The notes under the pieces: generated by a model
Databases searched by the model: none
Told to the model about the DNA's origin: nothing
What the model saw: only the letters and a program-made list of their open reading frames with translations
Source: Macrostomum lignano
Taxonomy: Eukaryota
Length of the DNA stretch: 64,000 nucleotides
Direction of reading: 5' to 3'
Assembly: GCA_002269645.1 (NCBI GenBank)
Contig: NIVC01000103.1
Span: 496,001-560,000, forward strand
Part shown: positions 24,563 to 37,660 of the stretch, piece after piece
How the letters are laid out: each line of letters starts with the position of its first letter
How positions within the stretch are numbered: position 1 is the first letter of the stretch
Program-made: the position numbers and the translations under genes

Positions 24563-25840
24563 GGGACTTCAGTGAGTTATAAGAAGTGCGTGCCAATGGC
24601 AAAAAAGTAAGAAAAAAGTCCAATTTTTCAAGGGCGATTTTAAAGAAACTATAGAAGCTAGGATGAAAGTAAAATATGCATTTAAAAGGTAAAAAGGAGC
24701 TCTTTCAAATGACACCAACTGCAAGTCTAGCTTTGTTATACTTTTTGCACTGTCTATTTTTAAAGTTGACCATTTTTTAGGAGGAATATAAAATTGAAGC
24801 CAAAATGAATAAAAAAACAGTGGTTCAGAAAATGCTTTTTCTTAGCTGCAATGTGTTTCTTATAATGGAAACAAAGGTTTTATAGTGTAAAGGGATAATT
24901 TAGAAACATTTTTCTGGTGTTAAAAAAAATTTTTTTTTCTTTTAATGCCCATATGGCTCTATGCAAAATTTCAAATCCAAAATTTTCCATGAAATCCTTT
25001 TCCTGCATTGTTTCTCTTTATATTTTTCATTACCTATTGACAATACAAGCACAGTAAAAAAAACCGCTTGCCAATAGCTATAGGCGCAAAAATTTTGTGG
25101 AGGTTTCTTTTTTTGATACGTTTACATGTAAAATACCCATTGAAACGTGTATTTTGTGTTTTTTGTGAGACTCTGCCTTCCGGCAAACTAGTTCTCTGTG
25201 TCATTTAACTAATTATGCTATGCTGAACACGATAGGCAAAACCGTTTTTTAATAAACCCATGCGCAAAGCCTGTACAGCACATTACATTGCAGTTGGGGT
25301 GTCTGTCATGCATTAAAAATTTAGGGCAAGAAGTAGAATAGTATTATAGTAGGTAAAAACCTGAACAAAATGACACTAGCCTTGTATAAATTAAGCAAGC
25401 AGAACAGATGCTATTGTATTTTTAAAATTGCAATCATTGCGTATCTGGTTAAAATAGTCAAAATTTCATACACCCATCCTGTTTCAATTAGCTTAGCAAC
25501 TTGGGCATATAAAATAATATTAAAATATATAATTCATACAATTAACACTAAAAAACTGAACAAAATGACACCAAGCACAGTCATTTTGGTTGGCTAGAAA
25601 ATTAATTACAAGTGTTCAAAGACAAAAAGCCAACTTTTTGGCCAAAAATGATCACAAACCGTAATGTAAAAATTCCATTGGCTAAAGGCACAAATCGGGG
25701 TTACTAAAATAGCTGTAGTTTCCTTATTACTCAACCAAATCACTAAAGTTTGGCCATTTTGGAAATGGGAAAGTAAGATCTATCTAGTGAAATAGCAGCC
25801 TATAACAATTTCTGAAATTTAATTTTCTCACTGAAGTGCC
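24563..25840. mobile_element. Non-autonomous DNA transposon (~1.28 kb) with 14-bp TIRs and TA TSD, in ARID1 intron 1
   Basis: TA|GGGACTTCAGTGAG ... CTCACTGAAGTGCC|TA (13/14 match); AT-rich interior with no transposase ORF. Confidence 0.75.
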
Positions 25841-26724
25841 TACTATATATCCTAGCCACCATAGTTTGGATTATATATTAGTGTATGCCAGGTTTATTAG
25901 ATTATTATATGTTATTATTAGATTATAAATTATAATTAAGCCTATTAAAACTTACTAGACATATTTATTTCTTGAAGGAATTATAATAAGGCTTGCATTT
26001 TATTATTTATATAATAAAAATATAAAAGGCCTATAACTAAGACCTGGTCTATGTACAAGTCAAGCATTATCAAGGGCAAGACTTAAAATATTGATTTAAC
26101 AATGTATAGGCCTAGGCCTTTAGGCTATACAATAAAGAGGCCTAATTCAATGAAGATCAATCTTACTTAGCAATTAAAATAGATTTTTTTACTTAGCTTA
26201 CCTAAGCAATATGATATGCCTTATTTCATTTTTAGTCCAACTATAAAAGGATAACATAATATCACAAGTCATGATCAGTTAAATTCACTATTAATATTAA
26301 TACTCATATAATGTTGGTTACAAAACATATCTAGCAGCTAGTATATAGGTCTATTTCTATAATTTTTAGGTCAAGATATATTATGAACCTAGTACTAGTA
26401 GGCCTAACTGACAGTAAGTAGATAATACTAACAGAAATATTGGAATATTATCAATTGGCAGCATTGCAAAAGCTTAAAAAACAAAGAAACCAAGTCTGCC
26501 AAGCCTTTTGTATAAAGAAAAAACGCCCTGGCCTTGGTCTATTTATCAAAACACTAGCTTTAAATTATTGGCAGATAGATTGTGCACTAAATTACATTGC
26601 AGCATGAGCTAGACTGACTGTGTAGACTACAAACAAGTGAGTGGTACAATGTAACTTGGCAAAACCAACTTCGAAGTTCTCCAGCAAGCTAAGTCAAAGA
26701 ATTGATCCAAGACCAACGACTTAC

Positions 26725-26753
26725 CTAGGCTGAGGGCCTGACGGCGACCACAT
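26725..26753 (-). CDS. ARID1: ARID1 first coding exon (MWSPSGPQP R)
   Basis: ATG at 26753; perfect donor AG|GTAAGT, phase 2, fitting exon 2 (joins as ...PQPRPRGIHPMPQG); E-box CACGTG at 26794. Confidence 0.7.
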
Positions 26754-29700
26754 CCCGCAAAGTGATTCTCAAAATCTAAGTTTTACGCGCGCACACGTGA
26801 TAACATATTAACAGACAAGCGAAATTCAACAGTCACCAGAAGCTAAAGGCAGTATAGGGAGGAGAATATTCTGTGTTCTTCTCTTGCACAGAAAGCAATG
26901 CAACGATCGGGACTTGGGCAAGTCATAGCGCAAATTTGCTTGGTCTCTACGGCCAGGACGTAAATTCAACTGAAACGTCTAAGATATTATTTCACGATGT
27001 AGGCAATGAAATAGTAAGGTTTACATTTTTCAGCCAAGCATATTGTTTTTATTTTTTTAAAACCTTTTTCATCAATATAAAATCTTTATTTTTCAACAAA
27101 GTCCAACGATGGAGCCTTCAAAAAGCGAAAACTCTTGGTTTCTTGGATCTACTTTGCCGAGTGGTTCACGATGTGGAGGGTGAAAAATTTTGTGATGAGC
27201 TGGGACCTAACCATTAGAGAAACTCCAAAAATCCGTTTTGCAAAATCCCACTGTACAACATGAAAATAAGCGATTATTTCTAAGCTACGAAACAATATTA
27301 AAACATATTTTTTAGCGCAATCGACAGGTCGTCCTCAAATTATAAATATTGTGTAAAATCATTTTTGTTAATTGCATAGATATCGAGCAATAGACTAAAA
27401 TGTAAGAAAAAACTGAGTGTAATAAGAAACTGCACATTCTGTGAAGTGAATGTCGTTATTGATCTAAGCTCCACGGGCTAGAATTGAATGCCTTATCATT
27501 TCCCGTGTCAGGCTAACAAAGCTATATGCGCTGGTCGTGCTGGAAGCCTAGGCTTGGAGAGAATCATTTTTCCTGCATATAAAGCAAGGCAGGGACTGCC
27601 GGGCCTCAGCCCCCACAGCACAGAGGCTCAGAGGCACAGTCTGAATAGGGGCCCTGAAGGAGCAAGGGACAAGGAAACTCGCAATATGCTACTTCGAACT
27701 AGTATTATGATTTCCCTTCCTCTAGTTTCAGTGGTCTTGGTGATGGACTCGGCTGCTCGTACGTGCGGCTGGCTGGCTGTCCTGGGTCTGGTCACTCTGA
27801 GAGTCTGAACTTTCATAACTATTGCGTGTTATTGTCATTTCACTACTCACTCGCTTATCACTAGACATCTGTGATCTGTAGAAACTAATTCTAGTCGTTA
27901 GTCTCAGCTCATCATCTCATTCTATAGCGACTTCATCTGATTCATGAGATTCATGAGAATTGAGAAGTCGTGGACACTGGACAGGTTAGGTTAGGGAGCT
28001 CAAAATGTTCTGAAACAAACAAACAACGGTAGCAAAGTAACAACTACGCCTTTATGTGAATCAACTTTCAACTTGTATTCGACGAATACCTTATTCCGGA
28101 TATCCTCTCTAGTTTGATCACCGTTCAGATCCAGACTCCAATTTAATGCCGACATGGAAGCTGAAGTCAGGATCAGGACTCGCTAGTCGGAATCGGGACG
28201 AGACGAGACGGGACTGTAATGGTAATAATGGGTGACTAGTGAGTAGTCCACTATCTCACTGATTCCTAGTTAGTCACTTATGAGTTAATTGACTTAAAGC
28301 TAGGGGCTGCGGACTGCGGAGGGGCCTTAGTCTTACATAGACTTGATGTTGACGGGCGGTTGTTAGCTTTTTGGTCGATTCAAGGATTTTCAGACTTCAA
28401 CAAGTGATGATTACTTCCCTAAAACGGAGATTGGGACTCTTGGGACGGGAGTCGGGACATCCGTCCGTCCGGACTCCGTACCTACTACTTGTCCGCTGTA
28501 AGGTCAGCAAGACCCTGATAGCTGATACTAGCTGCAGGGGCTGTCTGTGCCTATCGAGCCGACTTATCGAGTCATTCCTGGCCTCCTGATCTTGACTTCA
28601 GTGTATAGAACAGCTCTGTACATGTATATGACTTCCCTAAAGCTCAAACCCAAACCCCTTCGTTCCATGTCCGTTCCATAACCATAATCCATCCAATGTA
28701 AAAAATATGGAATTCCAGATCTGGTCTCTGAGCATGCTTCCAAATTATAATGGATTTCGTAATTTGGTTGTGGGTATTCTCGTTTTAAGCGTTTTAGCCA
28801 TTGCTTTCAGTTGGCCAATCGCCATCATCCATCGCCATCTGGTTTATGATACATAAGATGAGAATGAAGAAAACCAAGCATTGTTTACTTTTGAGTTTAG
28901 TTGGTACTACAATTCTCCACAATGTGACGAATGATAATAGAGGGATCACTGTACGTTGGGTTTAGAGTGTTTCTGAGATAGGTACTATAGGGTCGCAAAG
29001 TCCGGGTTTTTGTGATCCTGCGAATCTGCGATGACGGGAGTTAATCCTAAATTTTGGCTTGACCAAACCTGGTATCAGAAATTTTAACAGAAACTTAAAG
29101 GTTAAAGCGGGCTAAAAGTTTCTTGCGTCCCAAAAATACCACAATTACACAATATAGCTGGTATTCTTTTCTTCGTGTTAAGTTTTGAAACATTTTTTCC
29201 GTTTTGCGATTACAAAATTTAAATCTGGGATATTCTTCTGAGCTAATAAGCTTGAGCATTGGCGCTGAGCATCCGGCCCTTAATTGGTTTGAGTGGTTGA
29301 GCGACTGGCGTGGATGGGGTGGGGGCTGTACTGACAACGCCAATAAGCTAAGCTGGCTAACAACCTTGTAGGTAGAGGATAAGTAAATGATGAGGAAAAA
29401 TGGCCAGCAATAAATGCAGACGCTGGAGCAGAAAAGTCCAAAAGAGAATAAAAAATAACGAGCCAACACTCCAGTCTGGCGGTTTTGCTCATTTTCCTCA
29501 TTTTCACTGAAAAAGTCCGTCCGTCAGGTGTCAAAGTGCTCGCCCCTCTTTTCTCTTTGCCGCATCCTGGCATCCAGTTACATAGGCTATAAGCTACACG
29601 GGGTAAAGTACTCAGTCAGACTACAATGCACAGGATCTGTCTGATTAAAGCCGCCAAATCAATGGGTCAAAAATTATCTAATTATACTTCCAAAACTCGA

Positions 29701-30349
29701 AACTAGAAACATGCCACCCAACAAGACTAATATGTTAATTGGAATCGCTAATTTGCTGAATGAAAGGTCCTCAGTCCTCCAATTCAGGAAAAATACCTTC
29801 GTTCTTGCCAGATACGTTCTTACTCTTAGAAACGTATAGCTTATTATAGAAAATGGGATGGCATTTGGGCGGCATGGGGTCGGGCTTTGGTAGGGGCTCG
29901 GTTATTTTATGGACGAAAAATGGGGTGAGCGGGGGAAAAAGGGGACCACGAAGCACACATCATAGTAGGGGCTGAGTCAGACTTTCAACCCACCCCTAGT
30001 CCGCCAGATCTCTTCAACGTAATATTTAAGGTATTAGGAAGGAGACATTTATCGAGTCTACTAAAAGTAGAATGTTTCGAAGGCAACAGTAAAACTCTTT
30101 GGAAGTTAATTCTAATGAAAGTAATACAAATATATTTTCAAAACGCCAAAGCAAAACACACAGCTCATTTGCTTCGGGTGCTTAGAGCAACTGAACGGGG
30201 TTTTGTCACAGATAATAACAAAATAGGAATTATTGATATGCCAAAATAAATAAACTAATAAAAATATAAAACGATTGAGCAAAAAACTCTTGTTGAATCC
30301 GCAAATCTTTCGCAATCATCCATATTGTGCTCTCGCGACGCAATTCGGA

Positions 30350-30372
30350 CTACTGCATGGCGCTTAAGAACT
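30350..30372 (-). CDS. Calmodulin-like protein, last exon (EFLSAMQ*)
   Basis: tttttttcag|AG completes the EF4 exit helix WEEFLSAMQ; TAG at 30350. Confidence 0.8.
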
Positions 30373-30562
30373 CTGAAAAAAAATAATTCGAGCGAATGTA
30401 CACATCGGGACTGCAGTGCATGACAACAAAACTGGTCCTTAATTTACATGCTGTAGGTAGCTGCCTCATTGGCATTGGTGAAACTGCTTCAATCAGAAAG
30501 TATTCTGTCAGGTCGTGCACCTGAGATTCACTACAACAATGCTATACACACGTAAATCCTAC

Positions 30563-30674
30563 CTTCCCAGCTGATGCCGCCACTTTTGTCTACATCCACC
30601 ACGTCCAGCATGTCCTTGAACTCCTTATTGGAGAAGGTCATCCCTTGCTTAGCGAGACCCGATCTCAGCTGGCT
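30563..30674 (-). CDS. Calmodulin-like exon (EF-hand 4)
   Basis: ctgcag|AGC...G|gtagga; SQLRSGLAKQGMTFSNKEFKDMLDVVDVDKSGGISWE. Confidence 0.9.
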
Positions 30675-30764
30675 CTGCAGCATGTTCAGGGATTGGATGT
30701 AAAACTATTCAATTTTTTTCAACACTTCTCTTGTTATAATCATAAAACAATTGGTTTGGTTTAC

Positions 30765-30889
30765 AGGCGTCAGGAAGCCCGACTTGTCGGTGTCCATCGC
30801 TTGAAATGCCTCGCGCAGCTGTCTGGTAAATTCCATAGCTCGTTCGCGCATGAAACTGACAAAATCGTCTTCGGTTATCATGCCAGTGC
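30765..30889 (-). CDS. Calmodulin-like exon (end of EF2, EF3)
   Basis: ccgcag|GC...CCT|gtaaac; GTGMITEDDFVSFM...LREAFQAMDTDKSGFLTP. Confidence 0.92.
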
Positions 30890-31149
30890 CTGCGGCGTGT
30901 ATTTGGAAAGGAAAACCAGCATTAGTCGAGGAAATGACGTGCATCTTAGGAAGAAACAGCATAGAACTTGCAGGCAGGAGGTGAAAAGAGGCAAATGAAA
31001 GTTAGGGTAGAGAGAGATCGATCGTTCTCCAAAAACCGATGAAAACCAACATTCGATGAAATTCCAAAGTGCACAAAAAGATTGCGTGCCTATTTAGCCT
31101 ACTAATAGTAGCTATCATTTTTTCAATTTAATAATGATGCACCATTTAC

Positions 31150-31293
31150 CTCTCTTGTCCGCCGCTTGAACAATATCGCGTGCCTCGGACTCCGAAGTAG
31201 GGGTGCCCATCTTCTTCATCACCACGCAGAGTTGCTTAGCAGTGACGCCTCCGTGTTGGGATTTGTCCATGGCGCGAAACACCTTGCGGATCT
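31150..31293 (-). CDS. Calmodulin-like exon (EF1, start of EF2)
   Basis: ttcttatacag|AG...G|gtaaat; IRKVFRAMDKSQHGGVTAKQLCVVMKKMGTPTSESEARDIVQAADKR. Confidence 0.92.
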
Positions 31294-31642
31294 CTGTATA
31301 AGAAAAAAAAGTGGGTGCAAAGGGATGGCAATTGACGACTGTCGATTTCAGTATCAATGCGATGTAACAATCATGGATTAGAGTTCGATAAAATAAGAAT
31401 TTTTTCATTTCCTTTTATTTTAGTTCAAAATAATCTCTCTAGACACCTGTAAGGGTGTAAAAATTTGAAAATCTTGGAATGATACGGGCAAAGCGCTACA
31501 CGGCATCCTTCAGTGAGCACCAGTCGCATGTCGACTGCTAGTTGACTGACGAGCGCCAGGTTCTGAGGCGCACCCGGAGACGCACTGCTTCAGAAGTGTT
31601 AGGACACTATAAAAGTGTAGAGTTGATGTACAGCGCAAGTAC

Positions 31643-31804
31643 CTTCTTCTGAGAAGTGCAGCCTAGCGGCAGACGATTCACTGTCGCTATTGCCGCCATC
31701 GCTGAATCGGACGTGCAGCAGGCCGGTTGGCAGCTTCAGTGACCTCGTGCTGCCGATACCCGAGTGCATGCTGGAGCCTGATTCAGCTGCCTTTCTGTCG
31801 GTCT
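31643..31804 (-). CDS. Candidate symmetric (phase 1-1) cassette or alternative exon of the calmodulin-like gene
   Basis: gctcag|AG...GAAG|gtactt; open for 162 nt and ends RLHFSEE, joining in frame to EIRKVF. Confidence 0.6.
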
Positions 31805-33708
31805 CTGAGCTCTATGAGCTCTAAGGAGTAACTCACGCCTTTTTATTATCAAAATTAAGACTAGAATTCTTCATATATATATGCATAGTTATGGAATTCA
31901 CATTTTGCTCTGTATAATGCCACTCCTTCGCTCGGTCAACAAAAAACGCTAAAAAACTTTTTGACTGCTCAGTGAGCCTCTGCATCTGCAGTGCGACCCC
32001 AGCAAAAGGCCCTGCCAATTTCTTAGCCTTTTTACCATCTAAGCAAACAAAATATTGAGAGCTCTGGTTTTTGCTCGCTCTTGTCTATTTCCATTTCCAT
32101 ATTGTTTAATTCAATGTCATAGCTAGGCCTAAGGTTCTCTTACATGTACATTGCACGAGTATGTTAAGGAAATTTTAAATCATGTCAATATACATGTATA
32201 TGTGCATCTGCAGTTTATAATGCCTGCTCGTATTGCATCATGTAGTTGTAGTTTCTAGTATGCTCTTAAAACCTTTTCGCGCCGGAGCTAGAAATATAAA
32301 ATTAAAGCTCCGTTCCTGCCGACATGGTCAGCTGTGCTGGCCATAGACAATAGCTAGAATTTTAATGCGCCGCTGTGCAAAGCCTATCTAGCCGAGAAGG
32401 GAGCATTTTATACTCGGCTTGGACAAATCTAGGGTCGAAAAAAGCCATTTCAAAGTGCATTTCACTTAATGCTCTCTATATAGATTATGCAGTGTGTACC
32501 ACAGAATATACACAGAATGGCGAATGGGCAGTTTTCGAATGAAAGCGAAAATTAATGCGATTGCACTACTAACGTTGTGAAGCTGATAAGTAGTTGCGAT
32601 TTTTTAACGCAAAGTTGAATTTAAAAGTCGAGCTCAAGACAGCCTTAGAAAGCTTTGAGTCGTCGTTTTTGACGCTGAAGATGAATGCTGCGCTATCCTT
32701 GTAATTAATTTGTTAAGTAAATTAATTAAATTTACTGTGGAATAAATAATCAATAAAATTACAAGCATTATCTGTTCACCATTTTTGTAGAAACGAGCTT
32801 CTTTAGAGGATCATAAAAATTGGATACGTATCAAGGACGTTCCTGCAACTAAAAAAGTTACGTATTAGAGACGTCCCACTTTCTATTGGATACGTAATTT
32901 TGCTATGCGGGTTAGCTGGCTGGGCGGTCCAGGGTCCGGCTTTCCTTTTGACGATGGATGAGTCGGATGGTCGGATTCACTCGTTCGCCTGCTGCCGTGG
33001 TCATAGGCGCTAAGGGCAAGCTCCCTGTACGCAGCCCCTACTACAAGTGTAGTTTGGACCCATAGACCCATGGACCCATGGACCCATTGCACTCAGGTTG
33101 AGCCCACTAGCTGGTTGATCACCCCGTCCTTTAACAAAAAAAGCAGTTTTGATGGTTAAATAGCGTTTCTTTGATGCGCTTGGAGAATGATTCTTGCCGC
33201 GGCGCAGCCAAGAGGAATAGCAGGGTTTCATGACCCCGCGGGCAGCCAAAAAACTCCTGATTACGCAACTCCTACAAAACGGACTCTTGGAGGTCTTTAG
33301 AGAACGGCTCTTGCAGTGGCTAGAGAAAGGTTTTTGCGGTTGGTTAGGAAACGATTCGTTTGCGGTTTAGATGACAACTGTTGACAAGGTTATAGAAGTC
33401 AATTTTAAAGGTTTTTTAATTGGCTTTGGGAATGGTTAAAAGACGATTCTTGGGCACCAGTATACTCTGTGTAACTTTGTTCATGATTTGACTACGTGGT
33501 CGTACTGTGTACATATAGAAGATGGTACATTTAGTAAATACTCTATGGAGATAATTAGCGACTGAAGAATCATGAAATTGCAGGGAGTTCACTATATAAT
33601 TATTAATTTCACAACTCATCTCACGAGCAGTGCTTTTGAACAAAGATAGGCAGTTTAAGAATTGAAATTGCTTTTAAAATTAGTAACAGAAAATTGGAAA
33701 CCACTTAC

Positions 33709-33736
33709 GCTCTTCGTCGAAGTGCATCAAAGACAT
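33709..33736 (-). CDS. Calmodulin-like first coding exon (MSLMHFDEE)
   Basis: ATG at 33736; donor C|GTAAGT, phase 1, gives MSLMHFDEEQIRKVF; exon acceptor at 33828; 45-nt 5'UTR intron at 33828-33872; total 143 aa. Confidence 0.78.
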
Positions 33737-34614
33737 TCTGGCGTTAAAGCTGTGATGGGCGCCAAATTCGCAAAGTTTCTCAAGAGGCAAGAGCCGTAGC
33801 TAATACGACGAGTATATAGCAACACGACTGGAGAGCCAGTGAATTAAAATGTTAATTCTTCGCCAAATATACCTCGTGTCTCTTTCTTCGCTTCTTTATT
33901 TATTGCACTCTGTATTCATGGCCCTCTTGCAAGCATAAGACTATATATGAGTCTATCTTAGCCTAGTTAGCTAAGATAGACTCAAATGTACTAAGCAAAG
34001 ATGAATCGTCACCTCATTTAACGCTCTGTGCTTAGCTGGCGCAGTGTGAGATGGGCAATGAGCTAATACGAGTATGAGTTGGTAGAGAAAGATGCATTCT
34101 TATTCTTACAGTCGACTGTACAAGTACCGAATTCAATTCGCTACAAAAACATTGTGCTAGGATTCTCAATCCAGCTGCGCGATACCAAAGTTGTCGCATC
34201 ACATGACAGTTGCGGAGACCTGCACTGCCCGAAACTCGTCAATAGCGACCAGCTTTATTTTACAATATTTTAAATTGTTGTTCTTTATAATGCAGTCCTT
34301 TGGCTATTCAGCTGACTGGATATCAAGGGGCCTGAAAGTTGAGACAGCTTATAATCATACAGCTTGTAAGCTCTGACTTATAGATGATAATGACAAACCA
34401 AACAACCAAGGAACCTGTGATCGTGAAGCCTATGGAGCTCAAGCGTTTCAAACAAGTGAAAAATGTTTTAAAGCTCTTTAAACGAAAGAGCTAGAACCCA
34501 TCTAAGCTGGAATCGAAACCTACCCAAACATGCCAACTACAAACTAAAAACCTTACTGACGCAATCTACAACACACCTGACGGAAAACCTATATATGCAA
34601 CCAAGATTCCTAGA

Positions 34615-35340
34615 ACTCACTAAACTGAAAGCCTACGCAACTTGAAACCCACGACTAAACTGAAAGCCTACGCAACTTGAAACCCACTAAACTGAAAGCC
34701 TACGCAACCTGGAACCCACTAAACTGAAAGCCTACGCAACTTGAAACCCACTAAACTGAAAACCTATACGCAACCTGGAACCCACTAAACTGAAAACCTA
34801 CGCAACCTGGAACCCACTAAACTGAAAACCTACGCAACCTGGAACCCACTAAACTGAAAATCTACGCAACCTAAAACCCACTAAACTGAAAACCTACGCA
34901 ACCTGGAACCCACTAAACTGAAAACCTATACGCAACCTGGAACCCACTAAACTGAAAACCTACGCAACCTAAAACCCACTAAACTGAAAACCTACGAAAC
35001 CTAAAACCCACTAAACTGAAAACCTATACGCAACCTGGAACCCACTAAACTGAAAACCTACGCAACCTGGAACCCACTAAACTGAAAACCTACACAACCT
35101 GGAACCCACTAAACTGAAAACCTACGCAACCTAAAACCCACTAAACTGAAAACCTACGCAACCTGGAACCCACTAAACTGAAAACCTACGCAACCTGGAA
35201 CCCACCAAACTGAAAGCCTACGCAACCTGGAACCCACTAAACTGAAAACCTACGCAACCTAAAACCCACTAAACTGAAAACCTACGCAACCTGGAACCCA
35301 CTAAACTGAAAACCTACGCAACCTGGAACCCACTATATCT
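34615..35340. repeat. 32-bp minisatellite, ~23 copies
   Basis: Unit CCCACTAAACTGAAAACCTACGCAACCTGGAA. Confidence 0.96.
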
Positions 35341-36000
35341 GAAATCGGAAACCTGCATTCTTAAGATTCTCGCAACGTTTACCCGAACAAGAAACAAAGC
35401 CAAAATGAAAAGCTATTCAATAACTTTTTCTATGTATCATTCAAAACATTCAACTGGATTGGGAAATATGGTAATAATAGTTACACATAAATTTATGTAT
35501 ATTTATGCATTTAAACACATTATATAAATCGTATGTAAATATGCGTTTTATATGCAAATATTCGCCGAATTAAAAAAAACCGTATGCATATTGAGAGCGC
35601 ACAGATAATAACAAGCGCTTGTCAAATTCAGTAGAGAATTTTGCATTCAATAAAATGTGTTCGGCATCGAAATTACTATAGACCGACGAATATCTGCGTG
35701 TTCCATAGTTACTGCTATTACTGCTATCTCGGGTGTGGGAAAGAGACAATAGGGGTGTGTATAGAAAGAGACAGACGTTTCAAGAGCAGCTGGTAGCTGT
35801 GAGAAGGCGGAGAGGTCAGGTTAGAAGTGTGGAAAAAGGTGTGAATATTTAGATTGATTGGAAGAATGCATTAGGCAAAAGAAACAGATAACGATCCCAG
35901 ATATAGGGTTACACAAGCAAACAAACAATTCACAAAACAAAAGGACGAATCTGGGAGCGAAAGAGAGAGGGGAATATTTATAATATGAATATGTGAGCAT

Positions 36001-36006
36001 TTTATT
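36001..36006 (-). terminator. Candidate poly(A) signal of DYRK1
   Basis: AATAAA on the minus strand ~900 nt after the stop. Confidence 0.35.
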
Positions 36007-36914
36007 TACTATATGCAAGTTCTAATACACCAATAGAGCGCACAGAACACATCCGCAGAGGCAAAAAATATTGTCTAAACTGACGAGTATACAGTTAGAT
36101 ATGAGCTCACAGTTTGAGTTTGGGATGGGGGCTCAAAGGATCCAGGCCATTTAAATTATAATTATAATTAATCTGTAATATGCTTTTGTATTGGCAAAAA
36201 TATAAAACGTGTTCGAATTATACAATCACTAATGGGCTAATACAACACGAACAAGAGCGAGACAATTGAATTAATCCATACAGATTATTATACAGTGTAA
36301 GTATGCTGCAGAATTTGAAAACAGATTTTCGAACAGTAAATAAGGTCAGCCAACTTAACTCACTCAAATCCAGCGAAGCCCTTAATAAAACTACTATAAA
36401 ATAATCCTGTCATAACCAATCTAGCCTGCAGACAGACGGACAACTAGAACGACAATCATAACATAAAGCTGCGATTAAAATAATCCGTAGTTTTTTTTTA
36501 AACAAAGCAAACAGCTTCTACTTGCACCACCTCATAGCTCTGGGTAGACAGCTGTACAATTTAAGAAGAGGTGTGTTTTAAAAATAAATTTATAACTTCA
36601 TAAGCAGCGGCATTCGCTGCACGGGTTCTGTTTGTCAATAGCTAAACACGCAACTATTAAATACAAAACAGCGAGGGCCAGGTTGGGGTCAGACGTTCTG
36701 TACAACAGCGTTCAAATTAATGGTTGGTTTAACCGCAGTAGCAACACAAAACTTAGTGTGGTAATTTTTTACGGCTCGTAATACACAGAGACACAATGAA
36801 TTATGTCGTGCATGGGAGCACGGAGGCCTATTGTATGTATAAATGTATATGCAGGAGCATTGAGGAAGCTGGAGGGGGCGGAGGCGGCGCAGCCTCATCC
36901 ATCATCGGCGCGCG

Positions 36915-37660
36915 TCAGTGCATCTGGCCGGAGCTGAATCCGGCTATGAGCTTTGTGTACTTTTGCGAGCCCGGCGCCAGTCCAGCGGCCTGTTGGGCGG
37001 GATCCGCTGCCGCTGCCGCTGCTTGACTCTGCGAGCCTGCATGCAGCTGCAGCATTGGCAACTGCTGCTGGTGCTGATGCAGCTGGTGCTGGAGCTGGGG
37101 CAGACCCATGGCCTGAGACTGCAGCATGGAGGCCTGCATTGCCGAGCTCTCCATGCCGCCAGCGCCGCTGCTAGCCGTTTTGACCGGATGCGGAGCGCCA
37201 ACGCTGAGCACTGTCGACGTGACCATGGAGGAGGGCACAGCTGAGGAGCCGGCGGCGGCCGCTGCAGCAGCTACAGCGGCCTGTTGCTGCTGCTGCTGCT
37301 CGCCCGCGGCAGACTCTCGCCGGAAAAATCTGTGCTGCATTGCCTCGTGAGGGCGCAGTCGTTGGCGAGGATCGTATTCCAGCATGCGGGCAACCAGGTC
37401 AAGGAAGCGTTGATAGTCGGCCGGGGAGTGACCGGCCTCTCCGTTGCGCCGGCCGCCGGGGCCGCCCTGGTCGCAGCCCAGCAGGTCGCGCAGCAGGCGG
37501 GTGCCTGGCGGACGGTAGGTCACAGGGCGGCGAGACCCTGCTCCGTTGCCGCCGCTTTCAGCAGACGGCGGTCGTTTCGGCTGATAAGAACCGTCTGGCA
37601 GGCGTTCAAAGTACTTGCCGGACTTTTTGCCCATTTCGATAATGTGCTTCGGCGGCATGC
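36915..37660 (-). CDS. DYRK1A: DYRK1/minibrain last exon (CMGC insert, kinase end, Q/A-rich tail)
   Basis: gaatcag|GC; GMPPKHIIE...YRPPGTRLLRDLLG...GPGGRRNGEAGHSPADYQRFLDLVARMLEYDPRQR; TGA at 36915. Confidence 0.93.

Noticed and set aside
29280-29573. ORF with a signal-peptide-like segment
   Set aside because: No homology recognised, weak donor, no partner exon found
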